The notes below the pieces were generated by a model. That model made no database searches. It was given only the letters and a program-made list of their open reading frames with translations, and was not told where the DNA came from. Position numbers and translations under genes: made by a program. Positions 35,198 to 50,034 of a stretch of 64,000 nt of DNA are shown one piece after another. Where the stretch lies: NCBI GenBank assembly GCA_040954595.2, contig CM082591.2, positions 3,767,957 through 3,831,956 of the forward strand, written 5' to 3'. Each line of letters starts with the position of its first letter. Positions within the stretch are counted from its first letter, which is position 1. The stretch is from Balanoglossus misakiensis (Eukaryota; Animalia; Hemichordata).

Positions 35198-38100
35198 TGT
35201 GTGATTTTCTGTTTTTCGTCACTTCGTGTAAAGGGACAAAGTCGCTTACTTTTGTCAAAAGATGGTTGCCCACTAGGTGATGGATAAGAATGAAATAATT
35301 TATGGGTGTTGACTTGATCACATCATGGCACATGTCGCGATAGTACAGTTCTACTTCTAGTTGTGCAGTTACAGTCAGATGACTATGCATTGCTGACTTT
35401 GGTCTCTCTGTACATACACATTGCACTGTGGGCCGCATGTTTGTTTTTTTCATTCAATGAATCACACAAGCCCCTAGATGGCGGGAGAAGAGATTTTGAA
35501 ACTTTGCCAAGAAATCTCGCCAGTCATCCGACGCGATGCTCTCTCATTAGTAGTGCATCTACACGCACCATTCAGAATTGCTGTTTAACAGAGACATCAA
35601 AAACGACAGAATGAAACTCGCAGATACTCATCTCCTGGATTGCCGCAGACTCCTCGGCAGTTCCAAGGAGTTCATCAAGATCCCGTGTTTCCGTGGTAAC
35701 GACCATCCCGGCCTGTATTCGCACGCCGTCCTCAGCTCGGGCACAAAGCGAAGCACCCGACTGAGGAGTGACTCGCAGAAGAGATCTGAAAGGGACGGTT
35801 TTAAAGTTCGTGCCTCCGTCGCGAAAAAAACACCACCCTCGGGGGCAGCACAACTTCTCGGTTCAACACAGAAAGAACGTGAAGAGCCCTTTCTGTCTTT
35901 TTCTTAGCCACCGAGTGGGATGACAGTGACACCGGCAAATAGCAGGTTTCGTGCTTGTTTGTGACCGTTTATAAGAATTCCAGCATCACCACTCGTGGTC
36001 AGACAGTAGAAATCGGAATGTCAGAGAACGCTGTTAGCCATTTTGGCTTGAAAATTTTTTAATTTTGTTGTCAGATTTATTGTAAAAAGAAACAGACCTG
36101 TACATCCTTAATTTGTTCTGGCAAAGTATGAATGTCAAAAAAAACAAAAGCAAATATTTCTTTTAGCCTAATTAATTACAGTGAGACATATGGATTATAG
36201 TGTAACAGATGCAATCACAAAAGTGTCCACTGTACGATATGCTTGGAAATAAGATTACAATTATTATTTCGATGCCAAAACCAACAAACTTGTAGCTGCA
36301 TGCACGTATTTCTACAATCATTCAAGCTGGCTGTATGATTGTTCTTCGTCCATAAACGTGACAGAACAGGTTCCATATCGATGTCTTTTTTAGTATCAGA
36401 TGGCATGTGGGAAAAATGTTTTGTTTTCCATGAAGCCTTTTTGTCACTGCTGTTTCATTCATCCAGTCATTCATTGATTCGTTCATTCATTCATTCACGG
36501 AGGGCCCCACAACAGCCGGCATTGCGATGAACACATAGTGTGGGCTGTAAAAACTCGACAATACGCTTTTGTTGGCGGTGTTGCCGTGCTTTTTTGTCCG
36601 CGAAGGTCATGGATTTTAAAACATTTATTTTGGCTACAGATGCCATTATTTCGTGGCGGTAGACCGTCTTTTGTTTGTGATTTCAATTCTTGTTTTCATC
36701 GAAACTCTTTTCAGGTTTTTTCCACAGCACAAGCTGTTTACATGTAGCTTTTTGTCACCGCTCTGACTGACTGAAATTAAATTGTGAAACACGTTAGTGT
36801 GTATTCCAAAAGACAAAAGGAAAAGGGAGGGCAAATCCCAAAGGGGGAAAATGCCATAACATGCTCATACCTCTAATGTCCCTATAAACAAATCTTTAAA
36901 ATCTGTGGAAACTTGTCTCGGTAATTTTGTCGGGTCAGAAAATGAGAAGTGAAACCAAACTGATGCGGACAATACAAGGCTTTTTTTTTCCGTTTTTTTT
37001 GCCGCCATTACATCATTTCCTGAACACGTCATCTCCAGGTAGCTCCGTTGTTGTGTGTCCCTATTCAAACGCTGTGATCTGCACGGAAAAACTATAAATA
37101 CCGCAATGAATTGTGTGTTAGTTTCACTTCCTTGGGTTGGGTCACGTGCACGCAAAGTTTAATTCAGACTCTGAACCATCAAGTATGCTATCAAACACTT
37201 CAAAAATCTTATTACTTGTTCAAAATACAAATTCAGTGGTTTAAAAACCAAAACAGTGAAAACAAAACTTTTTATCAGAAAACTTGATTTAGTATATCTG
37301 GATAAATAACAGGATGACATTTACAGAATTTAATATATTTTAAAATTAAATTCAGCAAGTTCATTGAATGGGGATATTTATATCTTTATGAATCATGCAA
37401 TTGAATGAGTTTCATTTGTTTTATTTCTACTGTTACTATCTCTCCATCTCCATCAGAATTGGCCACCGGGACGAACCAATTCAGGGAGCAGGTAGGGGTG
37501 AGAAGGTTAATTGTGATGCTGTGATGTCATAAGCTATCCCTGTTGATTAGCCCTCTTTCGATCCCCTCAACTTTTCTCATTTGTATTCAGGGCACATTCT
37601 CGCCGGCCCATTTTCACACCATGCCTTTTGTTCGTTACAAATCATCAATACCAAATCATCTGTGTTAAATGTAAAAGCCACACTATTGAATCAGGGGCTT
37701 CCCTAGCCTCCTGCAATGAGAGTGAATTTGAAATTTTTCTCACTGAAAGACTCTTTTTTCTCAGACAATAATTATCGGATAGTGTTCCACCTGCATCAAT
37801 GTATCATCTGTGTCCAAAATTAACTCGATTTGAGATGAAAATTTTCAAAATACGACAAAATGTGGTCATGACATTTGACTCCAGGGAGGGAGGGTTAACT
37901 TTGTAAAATCTTGTGTTTCCTGTCGCAAATTGAAATAGATCACTCAGATTAGTTTACATTCAACAATAACCTTGCAGAGTGCTCCTCAGTGCCAAGACAA
38001 CCACAAAAAAACCACATCAGATTCTTGAAGTTTCCATGGTAACAGCTGTGTCAAGGACAAGGTCAGAAGATCAACTGGATTTGTTTGTCTTTATTTTTTC

Positions 38101-41100
38101 TCACCCTCTAGATGGGCGAGAAATGGTAATTGATATTTTATGGCTGCCCCTTGGTGAATAAAAGTGGATTTTATTATCTGGTATTGGTCCACTTGATTGT
38201 AAATGTATGGCTTTCCATGATGACAGAAACCATTGTGCTGATACAAAGGCGCTCTCTGTTTTGCCTGAATAATATGAGAGGCACCCGAGCTTATGGGTTT
38301 TTACGCTGTACTTCTCTCGGTATTTTTGGCCGCAAGTCTAAAATTCTCAGTTCAAATATATCATACGACCCACAGATTTGTAAATATTTGATGAAAAAAT
38401 TATATTCCACATGATTTATATATTTTTTTCTCTGCAGTCGTCCAACTGCTGTGTGTGTTGTAAAAATAGGCAGTAGGTAACAATTAAATATTGAAATCAA
38501 ACAATTGTCATATGGCTTTGAGGAACTGATGTGAAATTTCAGTTTGGATGTGTATTCGTATTCAAAATAGGAAAATTATTCAATTTCATTTTGAATAAAA
38601 ATACCATCACACTAACAAATTATTTTGTTTTTATGGTTGATCATCAATCACTATTGTAAATTTGTTCATTTCATTGGTATATTTTATTCTGCCAAAATTT
38701 AAAAAATATTCTTAGCTACTGGTATTTGTATCATTGATCTAATTGGTTAACCATGTTGTTTCAACCTTTAATCTCTTCAATCTGATTGGTCATCCCATGA
38801 AGATTGACCTCAGACTCTCTTATCTGATTGGACGGGGTCGTGGTATTTAAAGTAGTTGTTTAATTTGATTGGTTTGCAGTAAACTCTTTATCAAATTAGA
38901 CATGGCCGAATTAGTCAAATGTGCAAATGTTGGAAAAACAAAAAGTTCTCATTTCTTATTGAGTTGATGATGATTTATTCTTGGAACCCACCTCAAGCTC
39001 TGCTATTCGTGAACATTGTACCATGCTGTTTCGAAATCTCATAAATTAAAAGCACTGCATACCCCTAAAAACCTCAGTGAATTAAACATATAATTAGCGT
39101 TTTAGCAAAATGACATCTCGCTCGGAACGTAAAATATTACGCTAAATGCACCAGCAAACATTCACATCCATTCTCAGTAGGCATGGAATTTTTGACAGCT
39201 GATCCCGACATTGAAACCAGTCTCTGCCACCGGGGCCATGTACATGGTTCTTCCTAGCAGAAACAGTGCAGCCATCTTCACCCAGTTGTAAACACTGGTA
39301 TGTGACCCCAGCCTCATTCTTCGGGCAGCTGCCTTTGAAGACATTTGGCATTGTTGATGGGAGGTTAAAAATAGAAAATTCCTCATATCTTTGTGTTCGT
39401 GAAAAAAGGGAAATGGCATTTCCACTTTTTTGTCTGAAGACAATTCCTCTCTTTGTTGTTGAACGCATAACAAGGAAGTGAACATAAACTAAACAAAAGA
39501 ATTATTTCTCTGTCCAGCTTAGAATTATTGGTTGTTTTGTCGCCATCGTCAAATGTTTATAAAATAAGTTTCAGCTGGAAATTTGATCGGTCTGTTAAGA
39601 CGTGCTCCACAACGTCCAACTTCATTTTTGGCTGTCAGAGCTTCTATGATATTCGTCTGTGAGTCTGGTCTCCAGAAAATTAACCATTTATGTCTGTTTT
39701 GTGTTTTTCTCTTGGTGGGTTACAAGAGAACTGTTTGTGGACTGCACAGCATGATGGGATACGTTCTCAGGTTGCACGGTTACCTGGAAAGAAAGCTCAT
39801 CGATGATACCATTCAAATTTCTCAATTCCGATCAGATTTCTCCGACTCTGACATCATTTTTGTGTGTCTTCACTTCGGAGACGCGCGCCGTTGTTTAGCT
39901 TTTCGCCTCAATCGTGTATCCGATATCTGGTCTTCTCAAGTTACTCCGTCAACCCTGTGGCTACCTCTCACTGTCATCATCTTTCTTGTCCTGGTTGTTA
40001 GCACCGTCATCATCACCATTATTAATTTATAAAACTATTTCAAAATTATTTCAAAATTGTACAGAGATTATACAGTGTCCTGTACCTTTTTCCCTGCATC
40101 AGGTATCAATATCTGCCCTTCTCAAGTTTCTTCTTCATCTCATATCTTCGGGCTTCCTCTCACACCAACCGTCATCATCTCCATCTCGGTTGCCATCACT
40201 ACCATCATCACCACCATCACAATTATTACTTTATACAATTATTTCAAAAATACATCATCATTGTCCATTCTCAGAAAATCTTGAAACCAGTTCTGAAATA
40301 TTGTCATATTTATTAATATGGCAATAAACTATAAACAAATAAAATAAAAGACAGAATTCTGTATTAAACTATAATAATTTGAAAACCTAGCAACACATAT
40401 TAAACCACACTTAGTATTAAAATACACAAATAAAAAATAAATCATATTTTGTATACATACGCATGGATTTTTCCGATTTAATACGCTAATAATGGAAACG
40501 ATTTAATATTAAACTAGTAATCCTGTTTGTGTAAATCTTGATGCGAAATCCCGGAATATTATTAAATGACATGAATGCCTGTAGCCTTTTTTTCCGCCTG
40601 TAAGCAGGTGTCTTCAGCTGGCCTTGGATAGCTCAGTAAAAATGACACAATTATCAGAAAGATATTGTTACACTGTAGGGAAATAATGATGAAAGGGAAC
40701 AATAGTGTGACTAATTGAGCTATTGTGAAATTCAGGCTTGTCAATATCCTGGCTGCTAATTGTTACCTTGTGGCAAAAAGAGTATTGTCACAATCACTTT
40801 GCCACAGTCCAATGTCACGCTCGTCCTAAATTGATTTCCGGCAAGAATTTAATAAATTACCAGGCAAACATCGCTTGTTGACAAATTTCTTCAAAATTTT
40901 AAAAATTGATATGTTTTTTCAAAGGAAAATATAATTTGTAAATTTCCCCCAGGAATTTGTATCACTGATGTTGATTACGCGAAATATCAAATTTAATGTA
41001 GAATCGTTTCTTCGGCACACCGCGGTAATCGTGAAGTTTTTAATCGAGATGTCGCGATCGATTTTGGAAACGAAATGTATTTTTTTTTCATGTTGAAGCG

Positions 41101-44100
41101 GACACATATTTGCGTGAGCTGTTTTCATTGTATATACCCATAGCCAGACTCAAGGAATATTTGAAATGCCATTCAATGCATTCTGGTGGCTGACCCCTGA
41201 CCTCTGCGACAATGCTTCATACTGTAGTAGGTATTGTTTAGCTTTCAATGGTAATAGGACTGAATATGTTACATATTCAAAGTGGGTGGCACCATTCGGC
41301 GGAGCTGGGGGGTGGAAGCATGCGCTCCACTGCCCCAGATGGTGGAAGTCCACCGGTACATGGCCACGTTGAAATCATACGCGTCCTGCTGATGCGAAAC
41401 AAGTCGAAATAATTTAGTATTTCATGATTGATGATTGGTTTTCTCGGTGTTATGGTAGTCGTCTGGTATGCCACTCCACCGACGAGATTTTTGTCTTGCC
41501 ATCCGCTATTGTTGACTCTGCACAAAAGATATCTCTTTTAGATTGAGGCCGGCTTTTGTTATGGTGTGTTTAGAATGGGAGCAGCTTCAGCACGATGAAT
41601 GGCAGGCTATTTTATTTTATGCATACAACATAAGGGCCTGAACCAAACAATACAGCTCACAGCAGACTGCCAGCCCCATTCACCACTGGGCAAACACACA
41701 GTCTCATAAAAAAAAACCTTTCCAGCTTACCATCACACTGCCAGAACACCGCTACACCGACCTGCCATGCATCAGTTGTCTTACCTGTATTGTTTTAGTT
41801 TCTGTGGATGAGCTGTCATTACCACTGACTCCAGGGGGAGCCCAAAAAGAAGGTAATGTAACATAACGATCATGTCTGTTTCACTGAGTCTCCCAGTGTG
41901 TGCGTGTGTGTGTTTCTGTCCACAGTCTTGGATTTTTATGATGATGTCATTGGGGTATTGTTCTAGCAAACTTGTTAATTTCGGCCGGTGTCTCGCGGTA
42001 ACATGTCACGGTGTGTGCTCGTCGCTGTCGTGTAACGCGACATGAAGACAGCTCGAGCAGAAGTCGTTGTCGCAGACACACTTGAAATCAGACGCATGTC
42101 GCTTGTGTTTTTTTTTCTTCTTCTCCTCCTGCTTGTTCTCAACCTGAGTGTGGCAGTCGCCTATTGTAAATCTGTCAATGTCACACGCACGGTGTGATCA
42201 ACACACGTACGCAGAAAAGCAGAAGTTGACACCGTTTGCCACCACCAACAACGCGGGGTTTCATTTTCGGAATTCGCCACACGAGTCTTTGAGGTTTATC
42301 CCCGGAGTTTGTTACGCAGGAAATCAACACATGTACACTTTTTTTCGCCGAAGGTGTCGGTATCAACATGCAAATCAGGTGTGCTGTTTTCTATGCAGCA
42401 TAACCAGTGACGGCTGGCTTGTTTTTTGTGACTGTTATCAGATAACAAATATCAAGCATGTTGAATTTTTTTTCCTTCGCATTTCCTTAAGCGTGTACAG
42501 GGTTATCATATTTGGCTGTTGTCATGTTCTCTGGATTAAAAATAATACTGTTTTTTCCTGTGTGTGTTCTCTGACGTTGCTATAAAACTTTGATGTGCGT
42601 TTGTTAAGTGGTTTGAAATCAGTCGCCGTGAAGTCGTGGTGTGTTTCAAGTTCACTGCTCGTTGCTTTCGGCTGTGATATTTCATTTTTTTAATGTCAGC
42701 TTTCATTTTGTCACTGTGCAAAACATGGTACCACGTTTGTTTGCTCGCACACAGACATACTGAAGGCCGTGGAGATATACAAGGCTACTGATCAGCTGCT
42801 GGTCCTGGGCTGATTGTCGTGTTTCCAAAAAGATGCGACTTTTTTTGCGTAATCTTGGGAAAATAATCATGACAGTCGTATTCCAACAGACACATTCATT
42901 TTTGACAGCGTGGCCGACGTCGCCTGGCCAAACACCCCATTGGTTTATAAGTTTACCCAGAAATGTTTGTACAGCATTGCTTGTTGGAAGGCCGACCTAG
43001 GTGCAGAGCCTATACAATAGACCATGCAAGTCTTCATTGTATCGCAAGACAATGGGATACTCAGCTCGCCTGGTCCTAAGTCAACTTTTGTGTTTGCAAA
43101 TTTCACAATTAACACTTACATAATTCTATTCACACTCGATGCATGTGTGTTAGATGATGCAAAGGCAAACTTCCTAGAAACTTCCAAACATGCAAATTAC
43201 AACCGGCATCAACTACTTCGCCGCGGGGGGTTGGCTTATTGTTTTCCCACCGACTGCATGTGCAGGAATTTCAAATTGCAAGCTGTTGACAGTGCAGTGT
43301 AAAAATCCATTTCATCCAATTTTAAAAACCCCAATTGTATTCATTGTGCTAGTTCTCCAAAAGGAATTCTTTATTTCTTTTACAAACATTCTGTAAAGAT
43401 TTTGGTTATTTACTGAGTGAAATAATGACAATATTTTGATAATATTCAATATTCTGAATTTCATCTAATATTGTTGCAAATGTTACATAAATTTTACATA
43501 ATTTTAAGGGCCGTCAAGATTGTGTGATACTTAAAAATAAAAATAAGAAATTTTTCTGATATTTGTAATGTTTTAAAGTGGCAATTAACTTTTATTAAAT
43601 TGCTAATAATTAAATATTTTCATTTTCATTTTTCTTCCTGTGTCGGTATTGTATCAAAATTGCTATTCAAAACACTGTAATAAAATATATTCAAATATTC
43701 TTCGAAGCCACAATTTTATTTGCTATTTTATTTGCGTTAATAGCTCTAGAACATTTTATCACCCTCAAAATTTCCTTATTATCATGTAAATTGAATTGCA
43801 AAAAAAAAATCAAGATGGCCGCCCCAACTTGCCTTATATGGCGTAGGCTTTCTTACACCTTGTGTTATGCAAATAAGCTGAAGCTTTGGCGAAGTGGCAT
43901 CATCTGTAAGTTATAAAACCGAGGTCACCGCACACGAGCAGTGTTAATAATTACAAATTGTGTGTGCGAGTATGCGGTGTAGAGAAATGCAAAAAAAAAA
44001 AAAATGAAATAAAAACTGAATACACCCAAGGGTAAAAAGGCACATGGGTGGCTTTCAATTATGGGATTATGTTTTGCAGCTAATTTTTCAAGTACTTGTG

Positions 44101-44544
44101 GTCCCATGTGTGCCATTTCATTAATGCGGGACTCGAGACTCACTCCGTTTTAATTTTCTTATCTTGAAGGAGGATTAGATAATTTTTTATTTTCTGCGAA
44201 AATGGAGTTTTGCCACTCTCCAAGGACTGCGGAGTGAAAACATGATCGACTGTAAAGGGTGGCATTGTCATCTTTGGATTTATGGGAGAAAATGAGATCT
44301 GGTCGGAGTTGTTGTAAATTTGTGAATTGTAGTCCGGGAAGGGATGGTAGGAGAGTATGTCTGTGTGTTTTAGGTTGCTCTTTGACAGGTCGTGATGGAA
44401 TTGCGAGAGGGTAGAGACTTGTGTTTATGGTTGACTGACGCGAAGATGCAGTGCCAGAACAGGGCTGTAAAGGGTGTCTGTATCTGAGATGCACAGTTGT
44501 AAGTTAAGGGGCACATGTCGCTATAAAGCATGATAACAGAGGAG

Positions 44545-44720
44545 GTGACAGAGAGCCTGACAGACACGGTCAGAGAAACTGACACAGAGACTGACAGACA
44601 GATAGACAGACAGACAAACAGATATGGTCAGAGAGACTGATAGTGATACATAGGCAGTCACACAATCAGAGACAGAAAGTCAGACAGAGAGACTGACAGA
44701 TATAGTCAGAGAGACTGACC
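44545..44720. repeat. Degenerate (GACA/GAGA)n repeat
   Basis: Directly visible; includes repeated GTCAGAGAGACTGA. Confidence 0.85.
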
Positions 44721-47700
44721 AATAGTGAGGGGAAATAATAGTTTAGGGAAAAAAATAACTACACGCAAACATAGTACAGCATTGTTATCATTATAAAAGA
44801 AAACTTGCATCATGATATCCACAACATTTGCACAGGGTGGAAGATAGATTTTCTCCTAGTTGTCATTTTACAGAGAGCCACATAGCCAAGGTGCAGAGTA
44901 CTTTTAGCAGACCCTGGCCAATGCAAAGGATGCGTGCAAACGGACGGAAATGCAACCGTCTCATTCATGTGCTAATGCATTGTGAGCTGGGAACATCACA
45001 CATCTATTGCTGTGCCTGCTTTTCAATTCAGCCTGGTACTCCTCCCATCTTTGTAGTGTGTAACGTTCCTTTTGTCTTCTGAGTTCAGGCGGGCTACAAG
45101 ACGCAAGGCCAGGGGGTCAAGAGGTCAGTGCTGCGGTGAAAAAAATGGCATCAGATATTAATTACGTTGGATTGGTTGACATTGAGTGTCAATGCGAGCA
45201 CACATTTGTATCATGGTGTATATATGTGTTTGTCAACTTTCTGATTTGGCCATTTGTTAGATTTAAAGATGAAGAAAAATGTACAGATGCAAGTCTGAGC
45301 TGAGTCTTGTATGATGGACTGAGGAAGTAATCTGTGCTTTTTGTGTGTGCAAATCTTTTTTCGTGTGCACATAAATCAGAAAAAGTAGCGCAAGTGTCTT
45401 GTGCGAGACAGCTGTTTAGTGTTTCGCAAACAACATTTTTGTGCAGTTTGAACCGAGACTTGTCTTTTGAAAGCAGGGCAGTCTGGGTGTGTCGGAAGTG
45501 GCTGTGTGGAGCTCCACAAAAGCCTCGAAGACATTGAGATGTTTGTGTAGTTGCCGGATAAAAGATAAATAGGCAAGACAATCCGAGAGAATAAACCAAT
45601 TTCACAACAGCGTCTTTGAACTCGGAGCTGTATGGTAATGCAGGGGCCCCCCGACAATATACAATGGCCTCTGTGATTGCGGGGGAACCGAGATCAAAAC
45701 AGGGAGACAGGGACCGTGTATAATTCTAGACAATTGCAGTGATTTCCCCCTCTCTTGCAAAAGATGTGTATACGCAATTAGACAAATAAGACGTAGTTGA
45801 TCCAAGAGGCTGCCAGGCCAGCCCCCGATCGCAAGCTTCCACTTAATTTGACCGAATCAGACGATAATTTCGGAGGAAATTGGGAGCAGCGGAGGAAATG
45901 GCAAGAACACAGTCGCAGAGTGAATAGGTCTTTTCAAAACCCGCTGGTTAGTTTCACCGAGGCCTAATGTGCAGGTTTCCATTTTAATCGCCGGGTGTGT
46001 TCGCAGACTGGAAATGTCAGGGCTGGTTGGAATCAGAATTTATAGGCTGGGTGAAAAGGCTTCCGGACAGTCTGGGGGGAAAATGAGACGAAACCACATC
46101 GTAGTTGGGAAATGCTACCAGTCTTGAGTGTCTATGTTGGTGGCATGTGTGTGTAGTGCTCACCAAGAATCTTGTACAACTGAGAGACATCTTGGAATCA
46201 TTTTATTACAACCTGACAATTTCTTTTTTTTTTTAATAGTGTCAAGATCAAAACTATACAAATCTTGAAGAAAATTGTTGACAATCTGTTTTAACTTTAA
46301 TTTTGATCCCTGGCAGGGGATCTGTTCTTCATTACAAAATTATTGTAAAGTTTACCAGAAAAAGACAAGCTGATGTCAAAATGAAAGTGAAATAACAGGG
46401 TTAGATGGACACATGCCAAACCAGCAATCAGGATCTTGGACAGACATTGGGCGTACCACATGATTTCCAAGGCATACATTGAAAATCACGACTTTTGCCG
46501 AGTGTGTATGAGACGGCACAGTTTCTCAAGCTCTTAAAAAGTACTCTGCTGTTATTTATGTGGCTTTCCACCCCTGCCCGCGTGGTGCGACCCGTTTGTT
46601 TTCCAGTGATGAGAGTGACGTTATCCGTGAGGAAGTGGGGAGCGTGGCCCTAAGGGTGAGGTTACGACTCCGTGCGAGGGGAGGATGGCAAAGAAGGAGT
46701 CAATCAACTTTCTCAAGTGGGCTTTTTTTTTTTTTCAAAAGCGCAATTCCCGGAATGAGACCGGATTGAATCTGAATCGTTGAATTGTTATCGGATAACA
46801 GCAATTTGCCGGTGTAACCGCCTCCTTCTGACAATTGCAACCTGCTCTGATTCGGTTAGCCGAAACGGACAATTTTTTTTTTTTTTACTTCGCAATGCGA
46901 AAACAACATGCACGTAATGTTATTTGCGGTCAGAACTTGTTAAACAATGATTACGAGTCAAGAATACTGATGAGTGAATTTATTGGTCGTCGTGTTCCCC
47001 GTTCTCGACCCCGGCACAGAAGTGTAAACATCAGTGCCGCGAAAAAAGGCGATGGAGATCAACGCTGTGTGAACTTGCGGAGACTTCTGCATAAATCACC
47101 GCCTTGTTTCATTTGTAGATTCAGATGTGAAGCAATGGGGCTTTTTTTTCTGCTATTTTTTCTGTAACAGTAGTTATCACCGCGGCATTCCAACACTGCA
47201 TTCACATTCACACCAGCATCTCGTGGCTACTGTACACAGGCCAAGTCGGGCTCTGATTGGACGTTGCGCGCTCTGCGGACTGATTACGTGAAAGGGAGTA
47301 GGGCCCACATGTCGCCAGTTAATTTAGAGTCTGAGAGCGCATGGGGGGGTCAGGCAAACGGAAGCGAAGAGGTCACCCACAACACATGGCAGCATTATAC
47401 GCTATTATCATTATTCGCTTCCTATTGTCATATATAGCCTCTGCCGGCGATTCATCCAAAACACTTTAAAAGAAGCAGTCTGGGGCGTACCATTCCTCAA
47501 AGCAGGGGTGGCCGTGCGTGTTTATTGACCAGTGCTGCTGCCAAGGACAGGGTGACCAGTCGACTGAAGTTGTGTCCATGCACCAGTTCTGAGCTCACAA
47601 TGCATAATTGTTTCCGTCGTAAGTGAAAAAGTGGAGTTGTTGAATTTAGGGCACCGCAATGTGGGCCATGCTAGGAATGAACACCAGTTACGTGCGTCCT

Positions 47701-50034
47701 AGCCAAACATTGCATTTCTCTGAAATTAAAATTACGAGTGTCTATACACTGTCTGTGGAAAGTACGGGAGATTTCGTAGCCTGTTGTTTGCGACAGAAAG
47801 ATGTTTGCCACTGTTACTGACACTTGTTTGGCAAGCATGTTGTTCGAGTCGCAAAGTGATATATTTCCGTCAGTCAAGCCGTACCACTCTGCACAAGGGG
47901 GGTGGGGGGGGGGCAACAAAAAGTAGGGTGGATTTTCTTCCAGGGCTCTCATTGGAATGATGTGCATGTTGGCTTTCCAACCACAATGTACTTCCCCGAC
48001 AATTATTGCAAATCCTCCCTAAAAGGAGCCTGCTGTAAAAGCACTGAGTTTCATTCTCCTTGCGTTGTGTGTTCTGTCTTCCATCTTCCACAGAAACATG
48101 TCAGACGTTGCAGTCACTTGCAGAGTTGGCAGACACCCGTATGCATTTCACCACAACAACCAACTTTTCTGAAATCAAGCTATTAATCTATAAAAACCAG
48201 GATTGATATTTTTTTAGCAACATTTAAATTTCTGCATGCAGTTGTCAGGCCATGAGGAGTAGAGATGTAACAAACACCCCCCCCCCCTGAAATAAATAAG
48301 GGAGAAAATAGAGTACTGCAGGCATGAGAGAGAAAGGAGGCTATTTTGTTTATCAATACAGCGCACCCCCACCACAGGAAGTGAGATTTCTATAGACGGG
48401 CTTAGTCATTACAGGGACACACAATGGGGCAGGCAGTTGATTGTATTTGTCAAGAGGATCTGACGCATGTGAACACTGGGCCGGGGAAGAAAAGAAGAAA
48501 AGTGCGGCCGTCACAAAGCGCCATTGTTGGACACCTCCTGAAAAAGTATTTTGCAAAGAGCCGGGTACACAATGGGCCTTTCACGCTCGCCTGATTAGTT
48601 GCCGTGGCAACCGCAGTCCGGCTTTGAAGTCATCTGAAGGGAGCGAGTGAGAGAAGGAAAAAAAAACGGTAGAAAGGAGAAGAGGGATGCTTTTATACGC
48701 TACCTGGCTGAGACTTCAGTAAACTCACATAACGAAATATGCATGTTTTCCTTCTATTATTTATCCTGACTCGATCCCGCTATTTTCTCTGTCGCCCTCC
48801 AAACATAATTCCCCGTCTAATTTTCCCTGCACTTTATTCCCATCCTCCCCAGGAATACCAACAGTGAATTACGTCAGGAAATGAAAACTCAAATTATATC
48901 AAAAAAGTTGAATTTCATATTTTACATGACAGGCCAACCACTGAAGAAGCATTGAAATAGAAAATATCAAATTTCACAATAATCAGATTGAAATTGTATA
49001 AGATGAATAATTAAAATACAGACATTTACATGTCCTTATCAAATGCTATGATTTAAATTCCATCAGTATCAATATTCAAACTGTTGGTTATGACATCAAT
49101 ATTGGATAATAAGATGGTCAATTTTGAGGGTTTTAGTAATCGTGTCGAATCCATTCATTATTAAATAATACAAAGAGTGCTGATCGTATTATCATATATT
49201 GTCTTCTCTATGGAATTTTTTTTTTGTACTTTTCAGTTTATGTAGACCAGTGATGCATAAGTAATTTCAGGTCAATTTTTTAATTGTGGGAAGCCTGAGG
49301 TTAATAAGTGTAATTCACAGGTCAATAATATTTTGAATGATGCAAATCCCAAGGGTAATAATATATATTAGAGTTCAAAGGTCAATGATATTCTGAATGG
49401 CATTTGCACAGAGGGTGATATGTGCTGGATATTAATTAGCCACTGACGCTGACTGGAAGGTTGGAGCGTTTCTGAGTTTTCAGTTTTCGCTTTCAAAGCC
49501 CAGTTTTGTGAGCATGCAGTGTCCCATGTCAGGGGTCAATAGTGCCAATGCAAAGGGCAATAAGTGGGGTCAATAACAGCCATTCATGCAAATCAAAGGG
49601 AACGGCTCGCGTGTCTCTTACAGGTCTGCTTCAGGCATAAACAGCACTGGCGATGTTTCTAGCTGCCCTCCCCCCCAAAAGAAAACGCAGACACACACAC
49701 ACAGAAAACATGTCACTCATTGCAAACTCTGGTCGTGTCACTTTGGGTGTACACTAGTCAAGACAATGCCACATTATTGCCGGTTTTCTTGAAATAAAAC
49801 TTTCGTATGTCATGTGTAATGCAAAGGCATTGGAGAAAGTGTCAGGAACTCACACATTTCTCTGCAAACAAATGTCAGATCACATGATAGGATCCCAGCC
49901 AATGGCATCACAGATGATGTACGAGAGCATGATTATGGTACAAACTAGTTTTGGTCATCTCAGTACGTGCACTCATGGTTTTTATACTTGATTGTTAATG
50001 TCGAAATGTGGTGTTTTTTTGTTGTAGGATTACT

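Noticed and set aside
35572-35907. GC-rich overlapping ORFs as a nested gene
   Set aside because: No recognisable domain or exon chain; more likely regulatory sequence (contains an X-box)
39583-40327. Hydrophobic ORFs suggesting a membrane protein
   Set aside because: Derived from degenerate (CAT/CAC)n low-complexity duplicated sequence
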